The position numbers and the translations under genes are program-made. 44,585 bases of DNA from Bacteroidota bacterium. GTDB lineage: Bacteria; Bacteroidota; Bacteroidia; Bacteroidales; CG2-30-32-10. The stretch lies in NCBI GenBank assembly GCA_013334735.1, contig JAAXXA010000001.1, positions 1-44,585 on the forward strand, given 5' to 3'. Every line of letters begins with the position of its first letter. Positions within the stretch are counted from its first letter, which is position 1. The notes beneath the pieces were generated by a model. The model had not been told where the DNA came from, made no database searches, and worked only from the letters and a program-made list of their open reading frames with translations. Below are positions 15,298 through 22,995 of the stretch, in pieces.

Positions 15298-17613
15298 TTA
15301 AGGACAACTGGTGCATTGAATATTTTTTTTGGTTATTTGCGAAGTTTCAGTAGCTCCTGAACCTGTTGTAAATGAGGTTAAACCAGTGGAAACAGCAGAT
15401 GAGCCAACAGTAGTATTGCTTGAGTATAACGAGGATAATGTTTCACTACAACCGCTTGCGCCTGTATTATCTGTAATAACTAAAAAGAAATCAGTTCCAC
15501 CTACGCCAAAGCTATTAGTATAACCCACCATCGCAAATCCGTTACTCATATTCTGAATAACACTTTCAGCAGTTGAGCTAGTATTACCATAGTTTTTTGC
15601 CCATGTTATTTCTCCTGACTGTGTATATTTGATTAATAATAAGCTCCCTGAATAACCGCCTGTAACCATGTATGATCCATCGGATGATTGAATTAACAAG
15701 TTCGCTTTTCTATCTAAATATCCGGCAGTACCATATTTACAAAATATCATTGTGCCGGCAATATTAATTTTAGTAAGAAACAAACCACTTGCATCACTTG
15801 AACCGGATATTACATAATCGCCATTGCTATCCTGAATAAGTCCGCCTCCATTGCTCCAGTTCCCCGGCAAATTATAAGAATTTGCCCATGTAACACTTCC
15901 AGCGTTGTTGGTTTTAATTAACAGTAACCCCATAAAAGGGGAAGAACTGTGACCTGAGAACAAATATCCACCATCATTGGTTTTAATAACATTTGAGCAT
16001 AAGTCGTTAGTTGCACCACCGCTTGCAAATTTATTTGCCCAAATCACAGAACCACTAACATCTATCTTAAAAAAAGCCCAGTCATAATGTTCATAATGTA
16101 CCCAGGTTGCATCGTAAATAAAAGTATTTGCAGCAACAACAAAACTGCCTCCATCCTCAATAATTTTCTGAGCGCCGGAGCCTGCTTCCATGTTAGAGCC
16201 TCCATCATAAGTTTTTGTCCAGACAATAGCGCCTGAATCATCAGTTTTAATAATATAAATAGCGTCTGAAGAACCAAAACTACTTGTACCTCCACCAATT
16301 ATAAATCCTCCGTCCGATGTTTGCAAAATACAATTAGCGTAGTCATTGGCCGCACCACCATAAGTTTTACTCCATTGCAAGTTACCGAAAGAGTCTGTTT
16401 TTACAACGTAAACATCATTGCCTCCAGCCCCGAAACTGTTAGTATATCCAGCCATTATATATCCACCATCGCTAGTTTGTTTAATATCCATTCCCACATC
16501 ATCGCCCGTTCCTCCATAAGCAAACTGACCTTTCTCAACTGTTGAATTAACAGTTATTGCCATCCTACAGGGAGCGCTTGCGCCACAGGCATTATTTGCA
16601 ATAACAGAAATATCGCCTGATGCAGAACCAAAAGCAGCGGTAACACTTAAGCTTGTTGTAGGACTTACAGGTGTTAATACTGTTCCACTTGGTCCACTCC
16701 ATGTATATGATGTTGCTCCTGTAATAGCATCAATTGAATAAGCAACACCTGTTTGCCCGCTGCAGACTGTTACCAAACCGCTTATAGTATTTGGTTCAGG
16801 CAAGGTATCCGTTTCCAATTCATACCATTTATAAGAACCGTTTTCGAAAGAATAATTTAAAGTATTGTCGGTTAAGTTGTAAATCATCAAACCTTGCTTT
16901 GGTAATATTAAATTCCTTTCATCGCAAGTCATTCTCGGTATTAGTAAGCCGCTATTATTGGAATTCACATCAAGCATTGCAGAAGGGACTGCTTCGTATC
17001 CGGTAGTATTTATGGATACTCCTAAAGATGATAGGCTTGCGCCGGTAGATGCCGCCGAAACATACGTTTCACAAATAGTTTTCCACGAACTACCATTAAA
17101 ATACTGAAATGAATTATTATAATAAATTATTAATCCTCTGACAGGAGATGAAGGAAGAGATGTTGTTCTAGGAATTAGCACCCTTCTAGAAGTTGAATAA
17201 ATATCCAATATTGCTGAACTATCAGCAAGAGCGCCTATTTCATTTATAGCTATACCACCACCAGTTTTATTAATACCTGTTGCAGCAGAAGACAAAAACC
17301 CGGATGATAACTCGTACCACCCTGCTGTGCCTGCGCTTTTAAAATAATTAAACCTTTCAGAAGAGGTATTGTAAATTAAAAGACTTTCAGCCGGAGAAGG
17401 AATTGCATTTCTTTGAGCTTCAGTCATGCGCGGAATCAAAATGCCTTGGGATATAGTGCTCAAATCAAGTATTGCTGAGTCATCTGCAGCTGCACCCGAG
17501 GTATTGACGGCTATGCCTTGAGAAAAACAATTTAAAATTGATAACTGACAAGTTATAATTAGTGAGGTAAACACGAAGACATTTAAGAGTTTAAAAACTT
17601 TTTTCGTTGTCAT
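15298..17613 (-). CDS. Secreted N-module family protein: three tandem N-modules + Ig-like module + 7-8 bladed beta-propeller-like repeat region (SBBP-like)
   Basis: Starts MTTKKVFKLLNVFVFTSLIITCQLSILNCFSQ/GIAVNTSGAAADDSAILDLSTISQGILIPRMTEAQR. Further copies are INEIGALADSSAILDIYSTSRRVLIPRTT and INTTGYEAVPSAMLDVNSNNSGLLIPRMTCDER. Repeats of the type TSDGGYIMAGYTNSFGAGGNDVYVVKTDSFGNLQWSKTYGG recur about 7-8 times. Confidence 0.9.
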   Translation of the reverse strand: MTTKKVFKLLNVFVFTSLIITCQLSILNCFSQGIAVNTSGAAADDSAILDLSTISQGILIPRMTEAQRNAIPSPAESLLIYNTSSERFNYFKSAGTAGWYELSSGFLSSAATGINKTGGGIAINEIGALADSSAILDIYSTSRRVLIPRTTSLPSSPVRGLIIYYNNSFQYFNGSSWKTICETYVSAASTGASLSSLGVSINTTGYEAVPSAMLDVNSNNSGLLIPRMTCDERNLILPKQGLMIYNLTDNTLNYSFENGSYKWYELETDTLPEPNTISGLVTVCSGQTGVAYSIDAITGATSYTWSGPSGTVLTPVSPTTSLSVTAAFGSASGDISVIANNACGASAPCRMAITVNSTVEKGQFAYGGTGDDVGMDIKQTSDGGYIMAGYTNSFGAGGNDVYVVKTDSFGNLQWSKTYGGAANDYANCILQTSDGGFIIGGGTSSFGSSDAIYIIKTDDSGAIVWTKTYDGGSNMEAGSGAQKIIEDGGSFVVAANTFIYDATWVHYEHYDWAFFKIDVSGSVIWANKFASGGATNDLCSNVIKTNDGGYLFSGHSSSPFMGLLLIKTNNAGSVTWANSYNLPGNWSNGGGLIQDSNGDYVISGSSDASGLFLTKINIAGTMIFCKYGTAGYLDRKANLLIQSSDGSYMVTGGYSGSLLLIKYTQSGEITWAKNYGNTSSTAESVIQNMSNGFAMVGYTNSFGVGGTDFFLVITDNTGASGCSETLSSLYSSNTTVGSSAVSTGLTSFTTGSGATETSQITKKNIQCTSCP

Positions 17614-17655
17614 AAAAATGCATTAAGTTTTGGAGAATATGTGAATAATGCAGGT

Positions 17656-17663
17656 CAAATATA
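17656..17663 (-). promoter_or_regulatory. Candidate Bacteroidota -7 promoter box (TATATTTG)
   Basis: Plus caaatata reads TATATTTG on the minus strand. It lies about 43 nt upstream of the ATG at 17613. Confidence 0.4.
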
Positions 17664-17677
17664 AACGCGCTTAATAA

Positions 17678-18982
17678 TTAAAATGGATATTGCAAACCAG
17701 CACCACTATTGTATAAATCAGAAACTTCATTTGTTGTTAAAGCTCTACTCCAAAGCCCCATTTCATCTAACGATCCTTTTAAGTAACGAATAAAAGTATT
17801 TGTAGACCATAAAGCGCCAATGTGGATATTGTAGTTATTTGTATAAATAGAAGTAATGTTATAACCAGTATTTGCAGGTGTAGTACAAACATTGTTTTTA
17901 TAAATTTTAAAAGTGTTTAATCCTACATCGTATGTAAGGACTAAATGTGTCCAAATTCCCTCATCTGCCGCGGTTATATAATTAGATTGAGTTTGAAAAG
18001 AAGAATAATGATTTGTATTGTATGTACCGTCATCAGAGAATATGCCGTCAATAGCACCATTATTCCAGTACTCCAATCTCCATAAAAAACGATCAGGATC
18101 CTGTTCTGCCCAACGATCAATAAAACCTGAAATTTGTGAAGTTCCACCGGAAGCAAAATTTACCCAAAAAGACACAGAGAATCCACTCGAAATAGTGTTT
18201 AAACTGGTAGAAGAAACCCCCTTAAGATATTGATTAGTCCCATTTAAAACTATATGGTTATTTATAAGAGGAGATGTTCCTGAAAACTGCGCAGAATTAT
18301 AGTTACCCATATCGTTTGCATTACCGGTAGCATCAACAGCCGACACAGATCCCGATTCATCAAGTTTCCAAAAAGCAACCAGATTATTTGTTAAACTTAC
18401 CGTAGTTGTTGTGATAGTATTTGAATTCGCCCCTATTCCACAACTACTAACTGCTTTTACACGATAATAATAGGTTGCACCTGCTGTTAGTCCTGTAATA
18501 TTATAAGTAAGAGCTGTTCCAACATTCAAACTATTGTAAGTTCCCATAAAAGAAGCAAAATTGCTCACAGTTGATACATCAAAATAATAAGATGATGCTC
18601 CCGCTGAGGCGCTCCAGTTGGCTGTAAATGATGAGGCTGTTCTATTTGAAGCAGCGTTAGCTGTAGGAACCAAAGGAGGATTACATGGGCAAAACCCCAT
18701 ATTCCATGCTCCATTTACGAATGCTTCAAAGCACTTTGTAGTGGTATTGTATATAAGCAAGCCTTCGGCAGGAGAACTGATTAAATCTCTGTTTGTAGTA
18801 GTCATGCGGGGTATTAGCATTCCCTGATTGGTGGCGCTTACATCCAGCATTGCCGAATTATCGGCAGCAGCGCCGGTGGTGTTGATGCTTACACCCTGAG
18901 AAAAACAGTGAAAAGTTAAAAAAAGGTATAAGGCAATAAGGCATACGCCTATGGCGGAGGCATAAGGTGTTTTTGTTTTCAT
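17678..18982 (-). CDS. Secreted N-module family protein: N-module + Fn3-like + C-terminal LamG-like (Laminin_G_3 type) domain
   Basis: Starts MKTKTPYASAIGVCLIALYLFLTFHCFSQ/GVSINTTGAAADNSAMLDVSATNQGMLIPRMTTTNR. Fn3-like module: FTANWSASAGASSYYFDV..TYYYRVKAVS. LamG-like motifs: LVAFWKLDESGSVSAVDATGNAN..FSVSFWV..LDEMGLWSRALTTNEVSDLYNSGAGLQYPF. Confidence 0.9.
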   Translation of the reverse strand: MKTKTPYASAIGVCLIALYLFLTFHCFSQGVSINTTGAAADNSAMLDVSATNQGMLIPRMTTTNRDLISSPAEGLLIYNTTTKCFEAFVNGAWNMGFCPCNPPLVPTANAASNRTASSFTANWSASAGASSYYFDVSTVSNFASFMGTYNSLNVGTALTYNITGLTAGATYYYRVKAVSSCGIGANSNTITTTTVSLTNNLVAFWKLDESGSVSAVDATGNANDMGNYNSAQFSGTSPLINNHIVLNGTNQYLKGVSSTSLNTISSGFSVSFWVNFASGGTSQISGFIDRWAEQDPDRFLWRLEYWNNGAIDGIFSDDGTYNTNHYSSFQTQSNYITAADEGIWTHLVLTYDVGLNTFKIYKNNVCTTPANTGYNITSIYTNNYNIHIGALWSTNTFIRYLKGSLDEMGLWSRALTTNEVSDLYNSGAGLQYPF

Positions 18983-19020
18983 AATAAATGTTTTTGTTTA
19001 TATTTTAATTTTAATTTTAA

Positions 19021-20823
19021 TTAAAAGGGGTACTGTAAACCCGCGCCACTATTATAAAGAGCGGATATTTCAGCTGTAGTTAAAACGCGAGACCAAACAC
19101 CGGCCTCATCAATATTTCCATCAAAAGTATTTAATGAAGCTGGGCATTGAATACCGATTGAACAGAAGGTAGAACCTATGTTCAGAGTATTCACAAAAGT
19201 TTGCTCTGTTCCAATATAAGAACCATTAGCATAAAAATTGACTTTTTTTGTAGAACCTTTTATTGTCATAGTGTACATTACCCAACTTCCAACAGCATAA
19301 GAATAATTAATATAAACATCATTACTGTAACTAATACAACACAAACCAGAAGCAGTAAAACCTAAACCGCATGATTGCGCAGTTGCAGCTGTACCGAACT
19401 CGACAGTACCTGCCAAACCAATTTGTGCAACTCTTGGTCTTGCCCAAACATTTATCGTTATGTCTGATAAACCTGAAAGTCCTGATGGGCTCGATTTTAT
19501 TAAGTATCTATCCCCTGAAGGATTAGTCAAAACACCATTATTTATTTTTCCTGCAGGATATGTAGCTGTATTAGTATTTGTAAGTGTATTTGAACCAACA
19601 GCATCTACAGCATTTCCCGAAGATTCGTCCAATTTCCAATATGAAACTAAATTAGCTGCTATATTAGCTGTAGTTACACTGATAGTATTTGAATTTCCAC
19701 TGCTTCCGCAACTGTTAACTGCCCTTACACGATAATAATAGCTTGTTCCGATAGTTAATCCTGTAATATCGTACGAAAGTATATTTCCTACATTAAGATT
19801 GTTATACCCTGTTACAAATGAAGAGAAACCTGTATTTAACGAAACATCAATACAATAAGATGTAGCATAAGTGGAAGAATTCCAGTTGGCTTTGAACAGG
19901 TGAGAGCCTATTCCTGTGGCTTCTAGTGTAGTAACAGAAGCGGGCAAGTTGTTAACTGTTAATGTAGCAATTCCGTCAGAGGTTGTATATGTACATGTGC
20001 CACTGACTATACAGCGGTATTTGTAAGTATTCATTTCAACTGAAGGATTAGTTATGGTTAAAGTTGCTGTAGTAGCCCCAGAATAAACACCTGCATTTGC
20101 TACATCATTCCAACTACTTATATACTCCTGCCATTGATAAGCTAATCCTGATCCTGTTGCTGTAAGTGTGAATGAAGGAGCTCCTATACCTCCACAAACA
20201 GCGGTAGGACTTACCGGTTGTATTGTAATACTTGGGGGTGTGGGATTCACAGCTATTCCATAGTTAGCCGAAATAACGCCATTGCCACAAGCATTTGCTC
20301 CAGTAACAGTAAGGTTGCCGGAAGAAGTAGTTTCTGAAAAATATACAATTACCGCATTTGTTGAACCGACGATAAAAGCCCCTGTTCCTGAATAAGACCA
20401 TATATAGCTAGTGGCTCCGGCAATAGCGGGAACTGAATATAAAACCGCACTTTGACCGGGACAAACATTAGTTGTTCCGCTAATGGTTCCTGCTGCTGAA
20501 GGAAGTGTACAAGTGGTGGGACATGATACAATGTTCCAAGCTCCATTTACATAAGCTTCAAAACAGTTTGTCGTAATATTAAAAATCATAAGACCGGTAG
20601 CAGGTGAAGTTATCAAATCCCGCTGTATTGTGGTCATGCGTGGCATCAGCACTCCTTGCGTTGTACTGCTTATATCAAGGGCTGCGGAGTTATCAGCTTC
20701 ATTGCCGGTGGTATTGATTGATACACCTTGAGAAAAACAATTAACAATTGATAATTGACTATTGATAATTAGCAGGGCATAAATAATGCATTTTGCAATT
20801 TTGAAAGTTTTTTTTATTTTCAT
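19021..20823 (-). CDS. Secreted N-module family protein: N-module + 2 Ig-like modules + Fn3-like + LamG-like domain
   Basis: The track start at 20862 is a TTG (plus caa 20860-20862). The ATG at 20823 gives MKIKKTFKIAKCIIYALLIINSQLSIVNCFSQ/GVSINTTGNEADNSAALDISSTTQGVLMPRMTTIQR. The protein ends LVSYWKLDESSGNAVDAVGSN..IDEAGVWSRVLTTAEISALYNSGAGLQYPF. Confidence 0.85.
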   Translation of the reverse strand: MKIKKTFKIAKCIIYALLIINSQLSIVNCFSQGVSINTTGNEADNSAALDISSTTQGVLMPRMTTIQRDLITSPATGLMIFNITTNCFEAYVNGAWNIVSCPTTCTLPSAAGTISGTTNVCPGQSAVLYSVPAIAGATSYIWSYSGTGAFIVGSTNAVIVYFSETTSSGNLTVTGANACGNGVISANYGIAVNPTPPSITIQPVSPTAVCGGIGAPSFTLTATGSGLAYQWQEYISSWNDVANAGVYSGATTATLTITNPSVEMNTYKYRCIVSGTCTYTTSDGIATLTVNNLPASVTTLEATGIGSHLFKANWNSSTYATSYCIDVSLNTGFSSFVTGYNNLNVGNILSYDITGLTIGTSYYYRVRAVNSCGSSGNSNTISVTTANIAANLVSYWKLDESSGNAVDAVGSNTLTNTNTATYPAGKINNGVLTNPSGDRYLIKSSPSGLSGLSDITINVWARPRVAQIGLAGTVEFGTAATAQSCGLGFTASGLCCISYSNDVYINYSYAVGSWVMYTMTIKGSTKKVNFYANGSYIGTEQTFVNTLNIGSTFCSIGIQCPASLNTFDGNIDEAGVWSRVLTTAEISALYNSGAGLQYPF

Positions 20824-20938
20824 AATTTTTTTTTGATTGTAATTTGTCCGATCTCTTGTCAATTAAATAATTGTTAGTAACATATTATAAATAGCGTGCG
20901 AAGTTACCTCGCAAATCAAGATATTAATAATAATCTAT

Positions 20939-20999
20939 ATGGATTTCTTATGGATAGGTTGTCTAATTTATATGGATTTCTTATGGATTTTTTATGGAC
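20939..20999 (-). promoter_or_regulatory. Phased ATGGAT hexamer array (5 sites in an 11-bp register) upstream of 19021..20823
   Basis: ATGGAT starts at 20939, 20950, 20972 and 20983, and ATGGAC at 20994. The spacings are 11, 22, 11 and 11 nt. Confidence 0.6.
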
Positions 21000-21113
21000 T
21001 TAATATGGGCTTAAATATTAAAGCGCACGAAATCAGGTAAATACAATTTATTAAAGAAAAAGGGAAATTTTATCAGGTCTAGGGTAATTTGTTTAATGCC
21101 AGCAGGAAAAGTT

Positions 21114-21176
21114 GCAGTAGGCAGTTTACAGTCAGCAGTCGGCAATAGGCAGTCGGCATTCGGCAATCAGTAACTT
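21114..21176. repeat. Degenerate heptanucleotide tandem array (8-9 units, consensus GCAGTCG/GCAATCA)
   Basis: Read in register from 21114: gcagtag gcagttt acagtca gcagtcg gcaatag gcagtcg gcattcg gcaatca gtaactt. It has the same RGCARTC core as 2711..2759. It is intergenic, between the stop at 21226 and the ATGGAT array at 20939..20999. Confidence 0.6.
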
Positions 21177-21225
21177 AATATAGTTGGTTTAAAAATGCGG
21201 GAATTTAACCTTTTTGTAAACATAA

Positions 21226-22833
21226 TCATTTAATGTCCAGAGTAATTCCGTTTCCGAGATAATAGGTTCCATTATAAATAAATTTTACAAGATCAGTAGC
21301 GTTAGGTGTGGCAGTAAATGTTGGGACTATACCGCCTGCCCACTTAACATCTGAGGGCCAGGAAATTGCCCATCCACCTGTAGCATTCTGGTTTATCATC
21401 AAATTATATATGCCTCCACTCTTACCGTTTGTAAAAATAAATGAACGAGAGGTAGTTAGTGTGATTTCCTGCACGTTGCTGTTATTCCAGTTAATAGTAG
21501 CCGGGGTAAAAAGAGTAGTAAAAGTTCCATCGGAGGAATATGCAGTACCCACGCTGTTTGTAGCATAACCCCTGTAATATATAACAGGGCTGGATGATAA
21601 ACCCGTTCGCGCCTGAGTAAATATTCCGGTTGCAGTGCCACCTTCGGCAACACAATTGGTAGTTGGGTTTGCTGAAGTTCCCCAGCAAGTACCTCTTGAT
21701 GTGATTGTTGCGCCTCCATTTGAAGTTATGTTAGCCCCCATTGTTGCAGAATTGCTTGTAATATAAGTTGCAGTTGGAGTAGTAATTGTAGGAATGTTCA
21801 GAGTAGTAAAAGTGTCATCGCTTGAATAGCCTGTTCCGGCTCCATTTGTCGCGTAACCTCTATAATATATAAGAGTACCGGCCGGCATCCCTGTTCTTGC
21901 ATGGGTAAACACTCCCGAGGTTGTGCTTCCTTCTGCTAAACAATTGGTGGTAGGATTAGCCGAAGTTCCCCAGCAAGTGCCTCTCGCTGTGATTGTAGCG
22001 CCACCATCAGAAGTAACATTAGCGCCCAAAGTAGCGCCTGTAGATGTAATGGAAGCTGAGGTGGGGGAGGTAACTGAAGGCGCACTTGCCAGACATGAAG
22101 CCATATCTGATACAAATGTTGCTGAATTTTCATTAGTAAGAGTATTTCCATTTCCTGATCCGTCAACAAGCGAATTGTTCAAGTGCCACGAAGCCTGAAG
22201 ATTTGACGCGGAATTGATTTCAACACATTTATTATCATTTATTTGCCCCCCTGATCTGGCAACATTCCATAATCGGACATCATCAATTTGGAAATCTCCA
22301 TAACTTTGGACTCCGTTTATGTATAAATTTGTAGAATTATCAATTAAAGTACAACCTCCACCCTGATTGCCGCCTAATCCATTGCCAACAGAAGTCCCGT
22401 TAAAAAAGAACTCCCATCTTGTTGCTGCAGGATTTGCAACTGTTTCTACTATAGCAATATGATACCATGTATTAGTTGTAATTGTTTGTACAATGAATGC
22501 AGATGTAAAAACATTTTCGGTATAAGAGAAATTGTAAATTCCAAATTGACATCCAGAATAAACCCAGTCAACACCATAATACAATAACCAACCTCCACCT
22601 CCATTACCGGCAGTTTTACCCATCACTGTAATTGGAGACCCCGGTTGAGTATTTATTTTAAACCAAAACTCCAAGGTATTGTTTCCGGTGTAAGAAAGAG
22701 AAGCATTGTCAGCCACTTTTAATCTTTGTGAACCAGCAGATGTTAGTTTTGCTGAATATAAATCTTGTGCATGGATATAATATGTTCCTGAATAGTAAAA
22801 TATTAGTAATAAAATTGAAAGAAATTTTTTCAT
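21226..22833 (-). CDS. Secreted CTD-family protein: signal peptide + LamG-like head + 2 Fn3-like modules (subtype 2) + shared C-terminal domain
   Basis: Starts MKKFLSILLLIFYYSGTYYIHAQ. LamG-like motifs: LSYTGNNTLEFWFKI..IDDVRLWNVARSGGQINDNKC. Two copies of ..LGANxTSxGGATITxRGTCWGTSANPTTNC.AEG..IYYRGYATN..GT.YSSD.TFTT are present. The protein ends INWNNSNVQEITLTTSRSFIFTNGKSGGIYNLMINQNATGGWAISWPSDVKWAGG..KFIYNGTYYLGNGITLDIK. Confidence 0.9.
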   Translation of the reverse strand: MKKFLSILLLIFYYSGTYYIHAQDLYSAKLTSAGSQRLKVADNASLSYTGNNTLEFWFKINTQPGSPITVMGKTAGNGGGGWLLYYGVDWVYSGCQFGIYNFSYTENVFTSAFIVQTITTNTWYHIAIVETVANPAATRWEFFFNGTSVGNGLGGNQGGGCTLIDNSTNLYINGVQSYGDFQIDDVRLWNVARSGGQINDNKCVEINSASNLQASWHLNNSLVDGSGNGNTLTNENSATFVSDMASCLASAPSVTSPTSASITSTGATLGANVTSDGGATITARGTCWGTSANPTTNCLAEGSTTSGVFTHARTGMPAGTLIYYRGYATNGAGTGYSSDDTFTTLNIPTITTPTATYITSNSATMGANITSNGGATITSRGTCWGTSANPTTNCVAEGGTATGIFTQARTGLSSSPVIYYRGYATNSVGTAYSSDGTFTTLFTPATINWNNSNVQEITLTTSRSFIFTNGKSGGIYNLMINQNATGGWAISWPSDVKWAGGIVPTFTATPNATDLVKFIYNGTYYLGNGITLDIK

Positions 22834-22877
22834 AGGGTTACATTTTTATTTTTTTAACAATAATTAATAATAAAGTA

Positions 22878-22885
22878 CAAAATTA
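22878..22885 (-). promoter_or_regulatory. Candidate Bacteroidota -7 promoter box (TAATTTTG)
   Basis: Plus caaaatta reads TAATTTTG on the minus strand. It lies about 45 nt upstream of the ATG at 22833. Confidence 0.4.
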
Positions 22886-22917
22886 TAATGTATATAAAAA
22901 AAATAAAAATAATCTAT

Positions 22918-22967
22918 ATGGATTTTTTATGGATAACCCTATTATTTTATATGGATTTTTTATGGAA
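22918..22967 (-). promoter_or_regulatory. Phased ATGGAT hexamer array (4 sites in an 11-bp register) upstream of 21226..22833
   Basis: ATGGAT starts at 22918, 22929 and 22951, and ATGGAA at 22962. The spacings are 11, 22 and 11 nt. The array lies 33 nt upstream (minus sense) of the TAATTTTG box. Confidence 0.6.
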
Positions 22968-22995
22968 AGTAAAAAAATAAAATGATGATAATAAG

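Noticed and set aside
20939-20999. The ATGGAT repeat clusters as a CRISPR array
   Set aside because: The repeat unit is 6 nt (11-nt period) with no unique 25-40-nt spacers. There are only 4-5 units per site, four separate sites and no cas genes.
21226-21505. Calling the shared C-terminal domain a canonical T9SS C-terminal sorting domain
   Set aside because: By eye it lacks the type A (TIGR04183) and type B (TIGR04131) hallmark motifs, and its most conserved block lies at the N-terminal end of the domain. It is kept as an open hypothesis in the findings and is not annotated as a T9SS domain.
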